64,000 nt of DNA from Glaucostegus cemiculus (lineage: Eukaryota), in assembly GCA_976551045.1 (NCBI GenBank), contig CDPCPM010000016.1:27342001-27406000 (forward strand). The letters are read 5' to 3'. The position numbers were made by a program, and so were the translations under genes. The notes below the pieces were generated by a model that was given only the letters and a program-made list of their open reading frames with translations, made no database searches and was not told where the DNA came from. This document shows positions 1-12,899 of this stretch, one piece after another (position 1 is the stretch's first letter; the number at the start of each line of letters is the position of its first letter).

Positions 1-1254
1 GCTGAGAATTTATTGCAGATAAATAAGCTAACACAATAGAATGTTCCTCAGAGTCTCTTTTGCTCCAGGGCATCCTTTATCATTTCCAAGGTAGTCGTAT
101 TAGAGACGTGAAAGAGCCCCAGCTCTCCCGATCTCCAGTCCTCCCTTCCAATGCTGGTGAAACTGTGCCAAAATTCAGGAGCTTGCTGTCCGTCATGAGA
201 AGCATGCCAGAAGAAACAGTTTATTGCCAGTGGCATGTGACCAGCGAGTTAATGCAACTTGGCAGTCATTGGAAAGTCTGGCCCACTGTATGTCTTTGAC
301 TTTAGCAGACATTAAAAATACTGTTAAAATAGAATTAATAAAACAGTAATAAAAATTTAAAAACCAAGAAATGCTGGAACACAACAAAAACAAATCTATT
401 TAAGTCAGCACTATTAGATCACATATAAAGGAAATTGCCTTGACTTTACACTTCCCTTTTCTTCCTACTTAAATAAGGGTCCTGCTGTTCAGCAGGCAAA
501 TCCCAGCCTAAGTGGTGGGAAATCTGTGGAAATTTGTGCTCTTTGTTAGACTCCATGAGTGGAAGATCAGAACATCTGCCTCTACTTGGGAATCCTGAAC
601 TTCCACCTCATTCATTAGGGAAAAGCCATGAAAGCAAAACATACAGCCCATGAACTCTGTTTCTCACTCTGGTACTCTCTGCCTGGCCTGCTGAGTATTT
701 GCAGCATTTTCTTTTGTTATATTTGGTATCTCATAAAAGATTTAGTGTTCTTTTCTCATGGCTGATCATAGTGATTAGCAAAGAAAAGTCTGTGAAAGAT
801 TTGAAATGTATTTTTACTGCTAGATGACTGCATAGCTAAGATGTACAAACCTTCTAATTGATTGCATATCTGATAAGGCTGAAGACAAAAAATGTGAATT
901 ATTGCTAAATTATTTGGGGATTCCAAGGCTGGTATAGATAGGTATAACTAGTGGGTGTTTCATGATCAGCATGCACTCAGTGGGCTGAAGGCATACTGTA
1001 TTTCTGTGCTGTATGACTCCATGACATCTCTAGATCCAGTCTTAATCTCTTGGGAGACAGGAATTACTCAATGGATTACTTGCATTGCTGTCGCTGAAGC
1101 ATTTATTAATTGATTGGTTGTCAAATTAATTGGTGTAATAAGAGAAATAGTCAGGTATAGTTTATTCCGAGGTGTGCTATTAGTAAAGGATGTGAATCTT
1201 ATCAACAATTAGAATACATCCAAGTTTTGTGAACTAATCAATGCAATTATTGTA

Positions 1255-2300
1255 TGAAAAGCAATGGTAAAGCAGTGCAGAGGAACAGACTATTAGCAGT
1301 GTGGAGGAACAGAAGGATCTCGGGGTCCACGTCCATAGATCCCTCAAGGTTGCTGCACAAGTTGATAGGGTCCTTAAGAAGGCGTATGGTGTGTTGGCCT
1401 TCATTAGTCGGGGTATTGAGTTCAAGAGTCACAAGGTAATGTTGCAGCTCAAGAAAACTCTGGTTAGACTGCACGGAGTTCTGTTTGCCTCATTATAGGA
1501 AGGATGTGGAAGCTTTAAAGAGGATGCAGAGGGGCTTTACCAGGATGCTGCCTGGATTGGAGAGCATGTCTTATGAGGATAGGTTGAGTGAACAATAGAA
1601 CAATAGAACAATACAGCACAGAACAGGCCCTTCGGCCCATCAAGCTGTGCCATCCTACAAACATCTCCCAAACTAACTCTTTCCACCCTCATATCCTACT
1701 ATTCCACATTCTTCCATGTGCTTATCTAACAATCTCTTAAACCTGTCCAACGTATCTGCCTCCACTACCACCCCAGGCAGTGCATTCCATGCACCAACCA
1801 CTCTCTGGGTGAAAAACTTCCCTCTGACATCTCCCCTATACTTTCCACCTATTATCTTAAAGGCATGCCCTCTCGTCTTGAGCATCTGCTAGTGAGCTAG
1901 AGCTTTTCTCTTTGGAGAGAAGGAGGATGAGAGGTGACTTGATAGAGGGGTACAAGATGATAAGAGGCATAGATCAAGTGGACAGTCAGAGACTTTTTCC
2001 CAGGGCAACAATGGCTAACATGAGGGGGCATAATTTTAACGTAATTGGAGGAAGGTATAGGGGGGATGTCAGAGATAATTTTTTACACAGAGAGTGGTGA
2101 GTGCGTGGAACACACTGTCAGAAGAGGTTGTGGAGGCAGATACATTCAGGACATTTAAGAGACTCTTAGACACATGAATGATAGAAAAATTGAGGGCCTT
2201 GTGGGAGGGAAGGGTTGGATAGGTCTTAGAGCAGGATAAAACGTCAGCACAACATCGTGGACCGAAGGGCCTGTACTTTGTTTCTACATTCTATGTTCTA
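1255..2300 (+). mobile_element. CR1 LINE 3' fragment (RT C-terminus and 3' UTR), interrupted by an antisense CR1
   Basis: Translates to EQKDLGVHVHRSLKVAAQVDRVLKKAYGVLAFISRGIEFKS and ERRRMRGDLIE.YKMIRGID, typical CR1 ORF2 end; finishes with GGGCCTGT...TTCTATGTTCTA tail. Confidence 0.9.
1592..1890 (-). mobile_element. CR1 3' fragment inserted antisense into another CR1
   Basis: Minus ORF TRGHAFKIIGGKYRGDVRGKFFTQRVVGAWNALP; 8-mer tail repeat (AACAATAG)n; flanked by AGTGA at 1587-1591 and 1891-1895 (TSD). Confidence 0.9.
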
Positions 2301-5300
2301 AATATCCTTGTTTGCTCTGAGATGAAGTAGACCATTCTAGTGAGCAGATTTTTGGTACAATGCCCACTCAGAGCGAGTTTGACTTGTGTTCAGTGAATAA
2401 GTATTTAAAAGAGCGTAATAGCTCTGTAAACTTTAGTTTATTGCCAGAAGTGTGTGTGTGTGTTGAAGCCAGAAGAAGTGAATCACATAGTGCAATAATA
2501 CTGCATAATAAGGCAGCTGCCACATAGACACTGCAGCGTATACTGAGAATTGATTGATATATATTTTTCTTCAGATATAGTTGCCAATTCAATTTTCCCT
2601 AAGAAGATGGGGTCTTCCCTTTAAATTCCCATGGTCCTTGTGCTGATGTTGCTCTCTTAGTAATGTCAGGGAAGTATTTTAGGACTGCATAAACTTGAAG
2701 GGAAACCTGGAAATGATGGTAGTCCCACTACTTTGCTGTTTTTGCCATTTTTGATGGGGGATGGAGGTCCTGCTGAAGGAAACTTGCTACAGTGAATCCT
2801 CCAGATTGTGGCTTTTGAACTGTAATGTAGTGCAGGATTTTAAGTCTAGTCGCAGAAACACCAATCGGTGAATGACTCTGCTGAGCTCTGGAGCTGTGTT
2901 CGTCCAGTGGGGAGTGATAATTTTATTTCACCTCTGCCCACTTAAATGATGTTGGAGAGTCTCTGAGGGTCAAGAGGTGAGCCCCAGTTGTCTGAGACTC
3001 TGTGTCCTCTGTTTTTGTAATTCATATGACTGGTCTAATTCACTTTTGCTAATTAGAAGACTGTTTGTGGTGAGAGTAATATTGGTGAAGGGAAGCTGGC
3101 TATGTTATATTTGGAAGAAAGGAGGCTGTTTGGGTAATAATTATCTGTGCTATTTGTCTGTGGGAGGAGACTCCGTTAGTAAATATAACAGAGTGAATTA
3201 GTACTAAGTTTTCTTTTACTGAAAGAGCTTGCCCTTGAGAATTTAAGCAGTAGTATACAGGATATCATCACTGCAACCAGAATGCTGTCAAAGGTTATTG
3301 TTTGACAGCCATTCTTCCAATTAATCTTGACTAAATCAACTTTTGTCACTAATATCTATTTATCATCTGTATCTCATTTCCTTTATCTGTCTTTAATGTG
3401 AACCTATGAAGATTTCAGCCACTGTTTTTTAAATATACTTCTAGCTGTCTTATATGCAACTTAAATCTTGTATTGCATGCATCCTTCTGTATTTTGCTTC
3501 ATAATGTTGCTAAGAATCCAATCCTTGATTTATTAATAGTTCTTTGAAATGGCTTACAGCATTTACAAAACATTAACAATTTTCTTTTAGTATTTTAGTT
3601 CAACCCCAGCAACTTCTCTCTGAAACTAGTATTAATTAACAACTTTATTTCAATGTATTCAGGCATGAATGTAGTAAAAGGGGCATGAGGGGCCAACATC
3701 TAATTCATAAGGTAACGGTTGATGTGATTTGACTTCCACATGCCAGTAACCTCTCACACTTCTTTTTATCAAGAATCTCTCTACTATATTTAAGATATTC
3801 AAAGACTCTCTACTGCCCTTTGGTGAAGGGAATTACAAAGCCTCTAAGACCTCTGAAAACAATATTTTCACCTAGGGTGAGTAAAGTAGCTGGGCATCAT
3901 AATTTGACTAGTGACTAGGCCAAGGCCATGAGTGTATGTTTGGGTTAGTTTGGAGCTTAACCTTCATTTACCCCATACAAAGTCAATGTCATCAAAAGGG
4001 GCAAGGAGAGGAAAGGAATTCTTGCACTGGAATACCCTTAAGCTCTGATCTTTCAAATAAGGAACAACTTGGATATTGGGATGACTTCAGCATTCATAAC
4101 ACATGGAATGGAAATAAAGTGGAGGGGAGAAGCAGACCTTAATCTTGTCCTAGGCCCCAGTTAAAATTGTGCCATCTGTTTATCATTGCAGCCCTCTTAC
4201 AAAAGGGATAACTTTAAAAAAAAATTCTTCCCAGCATTTTATTAAGTAGTCCTCTGGTACCACTTTGCAAGTCTCTCCATCCCAACTTCCTCCACAAGTG
4301 CCCAAAATACATCCACGGTAGCAGCAGACTCTACCATTACCATATATATGAACTGACCTCCCTTGACCCTAGGTACTCTGTGGAGCACTGGTAATACTCC
4401 ATCATACTTAAGTTAGCTTAACTGGACGAGCTAATGTATGCCATGTGTATTTAATTGACATGGCCATCACTCCTCCTTGTTCAATCATTCTATTCTTAAT
4501 AAGACCTCTTGTTATCAGGCGATATTGCCTAGTCTCTTATAAGCACTGTAACCCCAGCACAATTACACTCTTCATTAACCTGTCTGCTGATAAGTTGTTC
4601 GGTTTTTTTTACCAGCTTCATTCAAGTAGTTTCACCTGGAGATATTCATCACAAATTTAATTTTGTGGGGATTCATCATTTACAGACACTTGCAGTTTGC
4701 GCAAGTTCTGTACATCACTGGATTTCACTATCCACAGTTCCAGACATTCAAATGGAAAATACAGTTTTCCTGAGCAGTTATATCTTCACACTTCATTATG
4801 ACTTGTTTTAAACTTTAATGGTTCACGTGTTCTTTCAGCCTCTGGCTTCATATTAGTCAGCTGTGCTCAGCAAGTATAATATACTTAAATCCATCAAAAG
4901 CACAGCTTCAGCACAATCAGACACAGACACCAGTTTTCTACAACCATTTAGCCACCATACTAATAGGCATCTTTTTGGTCAAGAAAACATTCAAAAAATT
5001 CATCATAAATATTGGAAGATTTGTCAGAATCAAATTACGTGGACCTTGAAACATGGCAATTAATGAACCTACTACTAAAAATAGGAGTGATCAGCACAAC
5101 TCTCAAGCCACATGCAGAATTGCAGTTATTGGCTTTTTAATGGGATCAGGGTGTAACTCCAGCCACCCAACCTCCCATTAATTGAATTCCCAGATGTTAA
5201 GCAATAGAAAGGATACAGCCAGTCGGAAATCATTATCCTCCGTAGTTGGAATTAGCTGCTGTGCAGTTCACAAGATTAGCAAGTTGCTTTTGCACCCACC

Positions 5301-6185
5301 TAGTGACGTGTCATTTCTGCCACCTTCATCCATTTGGTTGTTGTTTTCCTAGAGAAACTCCTTTCATTAATTAGTTTTGTTCTTTTGTATTTATTGTGCT
5401 TAGTTTAGATGCCAAGGGAATGTAAAAGGAAACAGCTGGTTTCTGTTTAAAAAAGCTCAAGTCAGAAATAAAAATAGTTTGGTAAAGAATCATTCAGGAT
5501 TGGCTTTTGCCCATCAGCGCCGAATTACACAGACTATGATATAAAAGCATCTTTTAGATTTAGATTGGTGAACATAAATTTCATTTAAATTATATTTTAT
5601 TTATGTCTTTCTGTATATCACAATTTTAACTGAAACTTGTGGCAATAATATATACAATGTTAAACATTTTTGGGATTCTGTTCAAAAAGAGCACACTGAT
5701 TGAGAACTCTGTTTTGTGGATGTAAAACCCAATGTCTTGAATGTCTAAGTGACTGAATCTACAATGACTTGGAGCTTGACCTACAAGCGTGCATGTAAAT
5801 TACCACCACCTACATATTGCAGCTCATAGCTAAAGTTGAGGAAGCTTGGTTCTGGTGTGGAGATTATATAAATTGAACAGCTTTTCACTTGTTCTGTATA
5901 TTAGCTCCACTATAGCAGGAACCGTGTTGGAGGTGAAACATGGGTATGTGGTGAAAAAATTCATTAGAGTGATGACATAGACTTGCTTAGCACAGGTCTG
6001 AACTGAGATTGGGTCATTTGTAGGCCCATTGGTTAAGATCACAGCTTAATATCATGTAGTATACATAAGATGGAGAAGATTTTCTGTGGTCAGTTAACTG
6101 TTCACAGAAGGATGCTGTACAGAGCCTCTCATTTTACAGAATCAGATGCGTTTGTGAGGTCAACAGAAGCCATGTATGATGGTTA

Positions 6186-6359
6186 ATTGGTAATTAGTTT
6201 GTTATTGTCACATGTACAGTGAAAAGTTTTTGTCTACATGCCATTGGGACAGATCATTCCATATATGTTTACTGCGGTAGTACAAAAGGGAAAAAAACAG
6301 AATGTAGAATATAGTGTTACAGTTACAGAGAAAGTGCTGTGCAGGGAAACAAATAAAGT
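6186..6359 (-). mobile_element. Rex1/Babar-type 3' UTR fragment (left flanking copy)
   Basis: Similar to the 3' end of the adjacent LINE and to 10382-10555. Confidence 0.7.
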
Positions 6360-9300
6360 ATTGGTATTGGTTTATTATTGTCACTCGTATCAAGGTACAG
6401 TGAAAAACTTGTCTTGCATACAGCGTACAGGGTAAAAACAATAACAGAATACAGAGTTAGGTGTCACAGCTACAGGGAAGTGCATTGCAAGTAGACAATA
6501 AGGTGCAGGTCTTAAGGTCTTAAGGTAGATTGTGAGGTCAAGAGTCCATCTCATTGGATAAGGGAACTGTTCAATAGTCTTATCACAGTGGGATAGAAGC
6601 TGTCCTTGACCTTGGTGGTATGTGCCCTCTGGCTCCTGTATCTTTTGCCTGATGGAAGAGGGGAGAAGAGAGAATGTCCTGGGTGGGTGGGGTCTTTGAT
6701 TATGCTGGCTGCTTCACCAAGACAGCGAGAGGAAAAAAGAGTCCATGGAAGGAAGGCTGGTTTCCATGATGTGCTGGGTTGTGTCCACAATTCTCTGTAG
6801 TTTCTTGCAGTCCCAGGCAAAACAGTTGCCGTAACAAGCCGTGATGCATCCAGATAGGATGCTTTCTATGGTGCATCAATAAAAGTTGGTGAGTGTCAAA
6901 GGGGACATGCTAAATTTCTTTAGTCTCCTGGGGAAGTAGAGGTGCTGGTGTGCTTTCTTAGTTGTGGTGTCTACGTGGTTGGACCAGGACAGGCTATTGG
7001 TGATGTTCATTCCAAGGAACTTGAAGCTCTCAACCCTCTTGACCTCAGCACCATTGATGTAGACAGGTGCATGTACACTTGTTGTCATGACATCATGTCA
7101 CTAAGCTCTCTATTTCCTTCCTGTACTCCGACTAATCATTATTTGAGATATGGCCTCCTACAGTGGTATCATCTGCAAACTTGTAGATGGAGTTAGAGCA
7201 GAATCTGGCCACTCAGTCATGAGTGTATAGGGAGTAGAGGGCTGAGGATGCAGCCTTGTAGGGCACTAGTGTGGAGAATAATCGTGCTGGAGGTGTTGCT
7301 GCCTATCCTCACTGATTGCAGTCTATTGGTCAGGAAGTCAAGGATCCAGTTGCAGAGGGAGGTGTTCAGTCCCTGGTCTCATAGTTTGGTGATGAGTTTG
7401 CTTGGAATTATAGTATTGAAGGCAGAGCTATAGTCAATAAACAATAGTCTAACGTAGGGTCTTTACTGTGCAGATGCTCAAAAGAGGAGTATACAGCCAG
7501 GTCCACTGACCTGTTTTGACAGTAGGCGAATTGCAGTGGGTTGTGGTTGTCTGGGAGGCTGGAGTTAATGTGTGCCATGACCAGCCTCTCAAAGTACTTC
7601 ATGATGGTGGATGTCAGAGCCACTGGCTGGTAGTCATTACAGCATGTTACCTTGTTTTTCTTAAGTGATAGTGGTCTTCTTAAAACAGGTGGGAACCTCA
7701 GATCGAAGCAGAGAGAGGTTAAATATGTCTACAAATACTCCTGCCAGCTGATCAGCACAAAATCTTAGCACATGGCCAGGGACACTATCCAGGCCAGATA
7801 CTTTCCTCAGGTTCACTCTCCGGAAGACTTGATCTTATGTCCTCGACGGTGACCATGGGTTCAGTTGCATTGGAGTCTGTCAAGGTGGGTGGTGACAATC
7901 CACTCCCCTTCTCTTCAAAACGAACATAGAATGCGTTAAGCTCATCAGGAAGGGACACGCTGTTGTTGACCATGCTGCCCAACTTCATTTTGTAGCTCCT
8001 TATAGCATATAAGCCCTGCCACAACTGACAGCTGGTCTGGGACTATTTTGAACGGTATCATCTCTTGACATTCCTGAAACCTTTGCGGAGGTCCTAGTTA
8101 CAATTTCTTGTAAAAGTCAGGGTCACCTGATTTGTATGCAGCAGTTCTCAGCTTCAGTAAGGAGTGGATCTCCCGGTTCATCCATGGTTTCCAGTTTGGG
8201 AACACCCATATTGTCCTCCTTGGTACATAGTCCTCAACACACTTGCTGATAAAGTCCATGATGGTGGTGGCATACTCATCTCAGCTGGCAGCTGAGTCTT
8301 TGAACATGTGCAAGTCCACTGACTCAAAGCAGTCACGTAGAAGCTCATCTATTTCCTCAGACCAGCACTGTATGATCTCTGTACGGGATCCTCCTGTTTC
8401 AGTTTCTGTTTGTATGCAGGGAGGAGGCGCACAGCCTGGTGGTTAGATTTACCAAAGTGAGGGCGAAGGGTAGCTTGGAAGACATCTTCGATTGTTGTAT
8501 ATCAGTGGTCAAGGGTGTTAGGGTCCCTGGTGGGACAGGAGACATGCTGCTAGTACTTCGGGAATGTTACGTACCAGTAATAATAGAAACACAACGAGCC
8601 ATGTATAAGTGTTAGAATCTATTTATTAATACCTACTTGTAACAATAAGAGAAATAAAAACATTAGATATTAAACGTTCACCCCAAAAATAAACTCAAAG
8701 TGTGTGTGTGTGTGGCAAATTCCCAAACCCCAACTCTAGGAATAGTTCTCAAAGTTCATTTCAGCAAGTCATAAGGTAGAACGAGAAGTAAAGGCTTCAG
8801 AAAACCACAGTAATTGTAGAGAGAATGTAGAGAGAAAATTCATGAAATCCACAAGTTCCACGATGGAACCCATACGAGACCTCAATCACCGATGATCTCC
8901 AATGCTGTGTTCCAAAGTATCTGCCACACTGAGGGCACTAGATTCGTGGCCACCCACAGATATACCTGCTTTCCAGTGCAGGTTAACAACTAAGTGGGCT
9001 CCACAGATTGCTCCAGAAATCCATACATGGATGGTACAGTGGCAGTCACAACTATTGTTCTTCAGACACAGATACAGAGACTGGCAGTCAGTGTCACTCT
9101 CTCTCTCTTTTCCTCTCTCCCTCTCCCCCCCACCCCGTCTCTCTGTACAACAGCTAGTACGCTCCAGTTATTTTTCTCCCACTTGCAGTAGTCAGATAAC
9201 ACCACACACACACATACTACTACGCTACTGTCCAGGTGCCTTAAAGGGATATTCACCAAGTAGCAACCTGGCTGGTAACAGCAACACACCCTTGGGGTTG

Positions 9301-10381
9301 GCCTGGTAGAAGTCACCTGCAGTAATGAAGAGGGCCTCAGGGTATCCTGTCTCAAGGTTGTTGACCAGAGTATAGTTCATTGAGTGCAGGCTTCATGTCT
9401 GTCTGGGGTGGGATATAGACTGCCATCAGGATAGCTGAAGTGAACTCCCATGGCAGGTAGTTTGGTCAACACTTCACCGTTCAATATTCCAAGCTGGGTG
9501 AGCAGGAGCTCATCAGGACCATCACATCCAAGCACCACGAGTTATTGATTAAGAAGCAGACCCCTCCGCCTCTAACTTTGCTTGAGGATGCTGTGTGGTC
9601 CATTCAATGAATTGAGAACCCCTCAGGTTGAATAGCACAGTCAGGTGAGGCAGGTGTGAGCCATATTTCAGTGAGACATAGTACACAACAGTCTCTCAGT
9701 TCTCTTTGGTAGGTCTGTCTTGCCCTTAATTCATTAACTTTGTTCTTAATGGACCGGACATTAGCTAGTAGTATGCTGGGGAGGGGGGTTTTGTATCCAC
9801 GCTGTTTCAACTTCACCTGCAGCCCAGCCCTGTTACCACACTTCGGAGGTAAGCAGCTGCGACTCGATGGTTCTGGAGTCGAGCCACGTGGTAAGGGATT
9901 GCTAAGGGACAGATTTGGAAGACATGGAACGGTATCACCTGGACTGGAAGGTAAGTGATATCTTCTGGGCAGACTTTCAAGATCTGGAGAGGATTCACCT
10001 GGCTGGAAGGTAAGTGACTGCTTGTGAACAGACTTGAAAGACCTGGAATGGATTCAGCTGGCCTGCGAGGCAAGCTGTTGTTTCCATACAGGTCTGAAGG
10101 TCCTGAAGAGGAGTGATCTGCCCCAATAAGTTGGGGGGGGTGGGGGGGGGCGTCAGGATTCAGCCTCCCAGCCCCGGGTGCTCCATAGGGTCAGGTTTCT
10201 GATCCGGAGGGTCCTGGTGTCAGGCCCCAGCATCAGGTGTCCCCACAGGTCAGGTCTCACGTCGGGTCAGGACTCAGCCTCTGCAGGTCGGGCCTCACGT
10301 CGGCTCGGGCCCCAGGACTCAGCCTTCACTGCTCAGGACTCCAGATGCGTCGGGACACAGGGGTCATCATCGGGTGCTCCC
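6360..10381 (-). mobile_element. Near full-length degenerate Rex1/Babar-clade LINE
   Basis: APE N-terminus LPSILLANVRSIKNKVNEL...CVLCLTEIWL (9604-9816); RT motifs ALTSTIMKYFERLV...PLQFAY and VESFKFLG...LSWSNH; C-terminus IIKDPTHPGHSLFSPLPSGKRYRS; frameshifts and stops throughout. Confidence 0.88.
8565..9280 (-). mobile_element. Solo LTR (probably Gypsy-type) inserted into the Rex1 endonuclease region
   Basis: Termini TGTTAC...GTAACA; near-TSD GGAA (8561-8564) / GCAA (9281-9284); Rex1 sequence resumes across it; minus-strand AATAAA near 8620. Confidence 0.75.
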
Positions 10382-10555
10382 ATTGGTAATTAGTTTGTTA
10401 TTGTCACTTGTACTTAGATACAATGGAGAGTTTTTGTCTGCATACCATTGGGTCAGATCATTCCATCAGGGCAATAAAAAAGGAAAAAAATTCAATGCAG
10501 AACATAGTGTTACAGTTACAGAAAAAGCGCTGTGCAGGTAGACAAATAAAGTGCA
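10382..10555 (-). mobile_element. Rex1/Babar-type 3' UTR fragment (right flanking copy)
   Basis: Begins with the same ATTGGTAATTAGTTTGTTATTGTCAC as 6186 and ends at about the same point. Confidence 0.7.
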
Positions 10556-10974
10556 AACTTTATTGCTGCTTGGAGTTGATGCGTAGTGTGGATCAAATCA
10601 GTGTGCTACTAAATGAACAGAATCCACACTGCAGTTTGGAGAACAGCTTTACAGCTGCTGGGAGGAGTTGGTTAGAGAGGACCCTTACAATGACTTTCCT
10701 TGGGGCAAACAGAAGGGAGATCCACAATAGTTAAATCTACTTGAAGGTGGTCATGATTGTAGCATTTCTGGGATCACCAGCTTGTCCTTCTCTTCCCAGA
10801 TGTGGAAGGTAACACTGAATTTATCACAGAAGTTCCCCTCCAAGTTTTGGAATTTAAGCAAGCATACTGTCTGCTCCCAAGCCCTTGTTGTTTCTCAGTT
10901 GACATATGGCCTTTTCAATTCTTTACTGATCTGGTGATGGCCAGGCTGGACCAGCTGTGGGATAGAGTCAAGGG

Positions 10975-11203
10975 ACAGAGACCCAGGTTCAAATCCAGCC
11001 ACTGTCTGTAAGGAGTTTGTACATTCTCCCCATGTCTGTGTGGGTTTCCTCCCACTTTCCAAAGACATACGGGTTAGGAAGTTATGGGCATGCTATGTTA
11101 GCACCAGAAGTGTGGCGACACTTGCGGGCTGCCCCCCAAAATCACTACACAAAAGTAGTATTTCACGGTGTGTTTCGATGTACATGTGACTAATAAAAAT
11201 CTT
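10975..11203 (+). mobile_element. tRNA-derived V-SINE (head partly lost)
   Basis: B-box-like GGTTCAAATCC, V-domain GGAGTTTGTACATTCTCCCC...GTGGGTTTCCTCC, tail ...GATGTACATGTGACTAATAAA; same family as 24777, 38290, 53706. Confidence 0.8.
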
Positions 11204-11284
11204 GTGTGCTGACTACCCCTTTGAGTACAACTAAGGCACAGATGATGGCTCTGGTTCTGTCATCCAAAACTCTGCTGTTTGCAT

Positions 11285-11480
11285 CCCATCCCACCATTCA
11301 TCTCCTCTTTAACTCTGGACTTGTATCCATTTTTCTCTCCTTCATCAGCAGTGGTGCCTTCAGTGTTCTAGGCCCCGCCTCTCAAGAACATCCCCACCCC
11401 ATTAAACTTGTTCAGTTCACTGCCTCCATCATCTTCTTTAAGATGACCCTTCAAACACAGCTCTTTGTCCACACATACTC
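11285..11480 (+). mobile_element. Old L2-like LINE 3' fragment
   Basis: GAFSVLGP...FKMTLQTQLF resembles the L2 ORF2 end (GxRAFSxxGPxLWN...FKxxLKTxLF). Confidence 0.5.
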
Positions 11481-12899
11481 ACTTAACAGCAATCATTAAC
11501 TAATGAACAGGAATGGGAATCTTGATAAATATCCCTTCATTAAATCCAGGAAAGCTTAAGCTACTTCTGGTATTTCTTCAAAGATGTGTTGAGATCAATT
11601 GGTGCAGACTGTTACATCTGAACCTTCTGGTCTCTATAGTTTCTGCTAGTTTAGTGGATAAACTCACTAAATCATCAGGGAAGCTTCCTCTGTTGTCTAA
11701 CATGAAGAAAGTCTGTTTCTCATTTTAAAAAGAGACCGGTCACAACAAAACTTTCTTTTGTGAATAGAAAGTATTAAGCATAGCAGTAGGAAAATAATCA
11801 ATCTTAAATTAAAGGCTCTGTTTTATAACTGATTACAAGTTTACCAGAATCTCTCAGAAGCAGCATCCTGGAAAAAGTCCAAATAAATATGAGCCCAAGC
11901 ATTCAAGACCACGCGATTTTCTGTCTATAATTCTGACCTTCTAGTGGATAAATCTATCTGCCTGACAACTGCTTGTTTATCTTTTCCATACTTGCATGGG
12001 TCTTAAAACCTACTGTGCAACTTTCACCCACTGGTACCAGATCTGTGGAATGTTCATGTAAACCAAGAGTACAGATCTGGCAGAGGTATGATGCAGTGCT
12101 TTTTTTTTTACTCAAAGGATACAAGTTATATGTTTAGAAGCAAACTTAGCAAGACCCATGGGCTAATCATCTTGCTACTGATCCCAGTGGTTGTAACAAA
12201 GGGTCATTTTAAACCTCCCAGAGTGGATGGGAGAAAGGCAAGGGCATGGAAGTGGTAGGTTAACATTTCAGAAACTGAAATTGAGCCTGTCTTAACTTCC
12301 CTGGAGAAGCAGATGGGTTATTTAAATTAATGAGGCCACTCAGCTCAAATTTTAATAGATTTTCAAATTTAATCTTTGTGGGTCAGGGCTTTGAGAACCT
12401 GGCCTTTGCAGGGGATGAGAAGCCCCCAAGGCTTTGGGAAGATGTCTTTAGATTTCAAGGACCACAGAAAGGTCAGAGGATGAAGGAGGATAAAGCACCA
12501 TGGTTTTTGATTTTAAATGGGAAGGTTTTGTTTTGCTGTGAAGAGGTGGAAATCTGATCAGAGAGATTTGCATGTGAGATTATGGGACAGGAGGAACAAG
12601 AGTGCTTCCGGCATATCATCCAAACAGCTTCCAAGATGGCATGCTGATTTACATCACATCCCAAACCACCATCACAAACAAAACCCATAATCTCATCCAT
12701 GCTTCAGTCTGCTCCATTGGCCTTTCTCCCACACCCATGCTCTCACCACCATTTCAGCTCCCACCCATGATCTTACCACTGACCTACATCATTCACCCAG
12801 CCCACCTTCTGGCTACACTCTAACATCCAGCATTATCCACATTTTCTCCTTCCCCTGCCAGCATTGTCCTCCTACTTGACAAGATGAAATAAACTTAGA

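Noticed and set aside
48-299. Overlapping short ORFs at the window start
   Set aside because: No recognisable homology or convincing splice sites.
8902-9309. 135-aa ORF
   Set aside because: Lies in the solo LTR and runs through CT/CA microsatellites; chance ORF.
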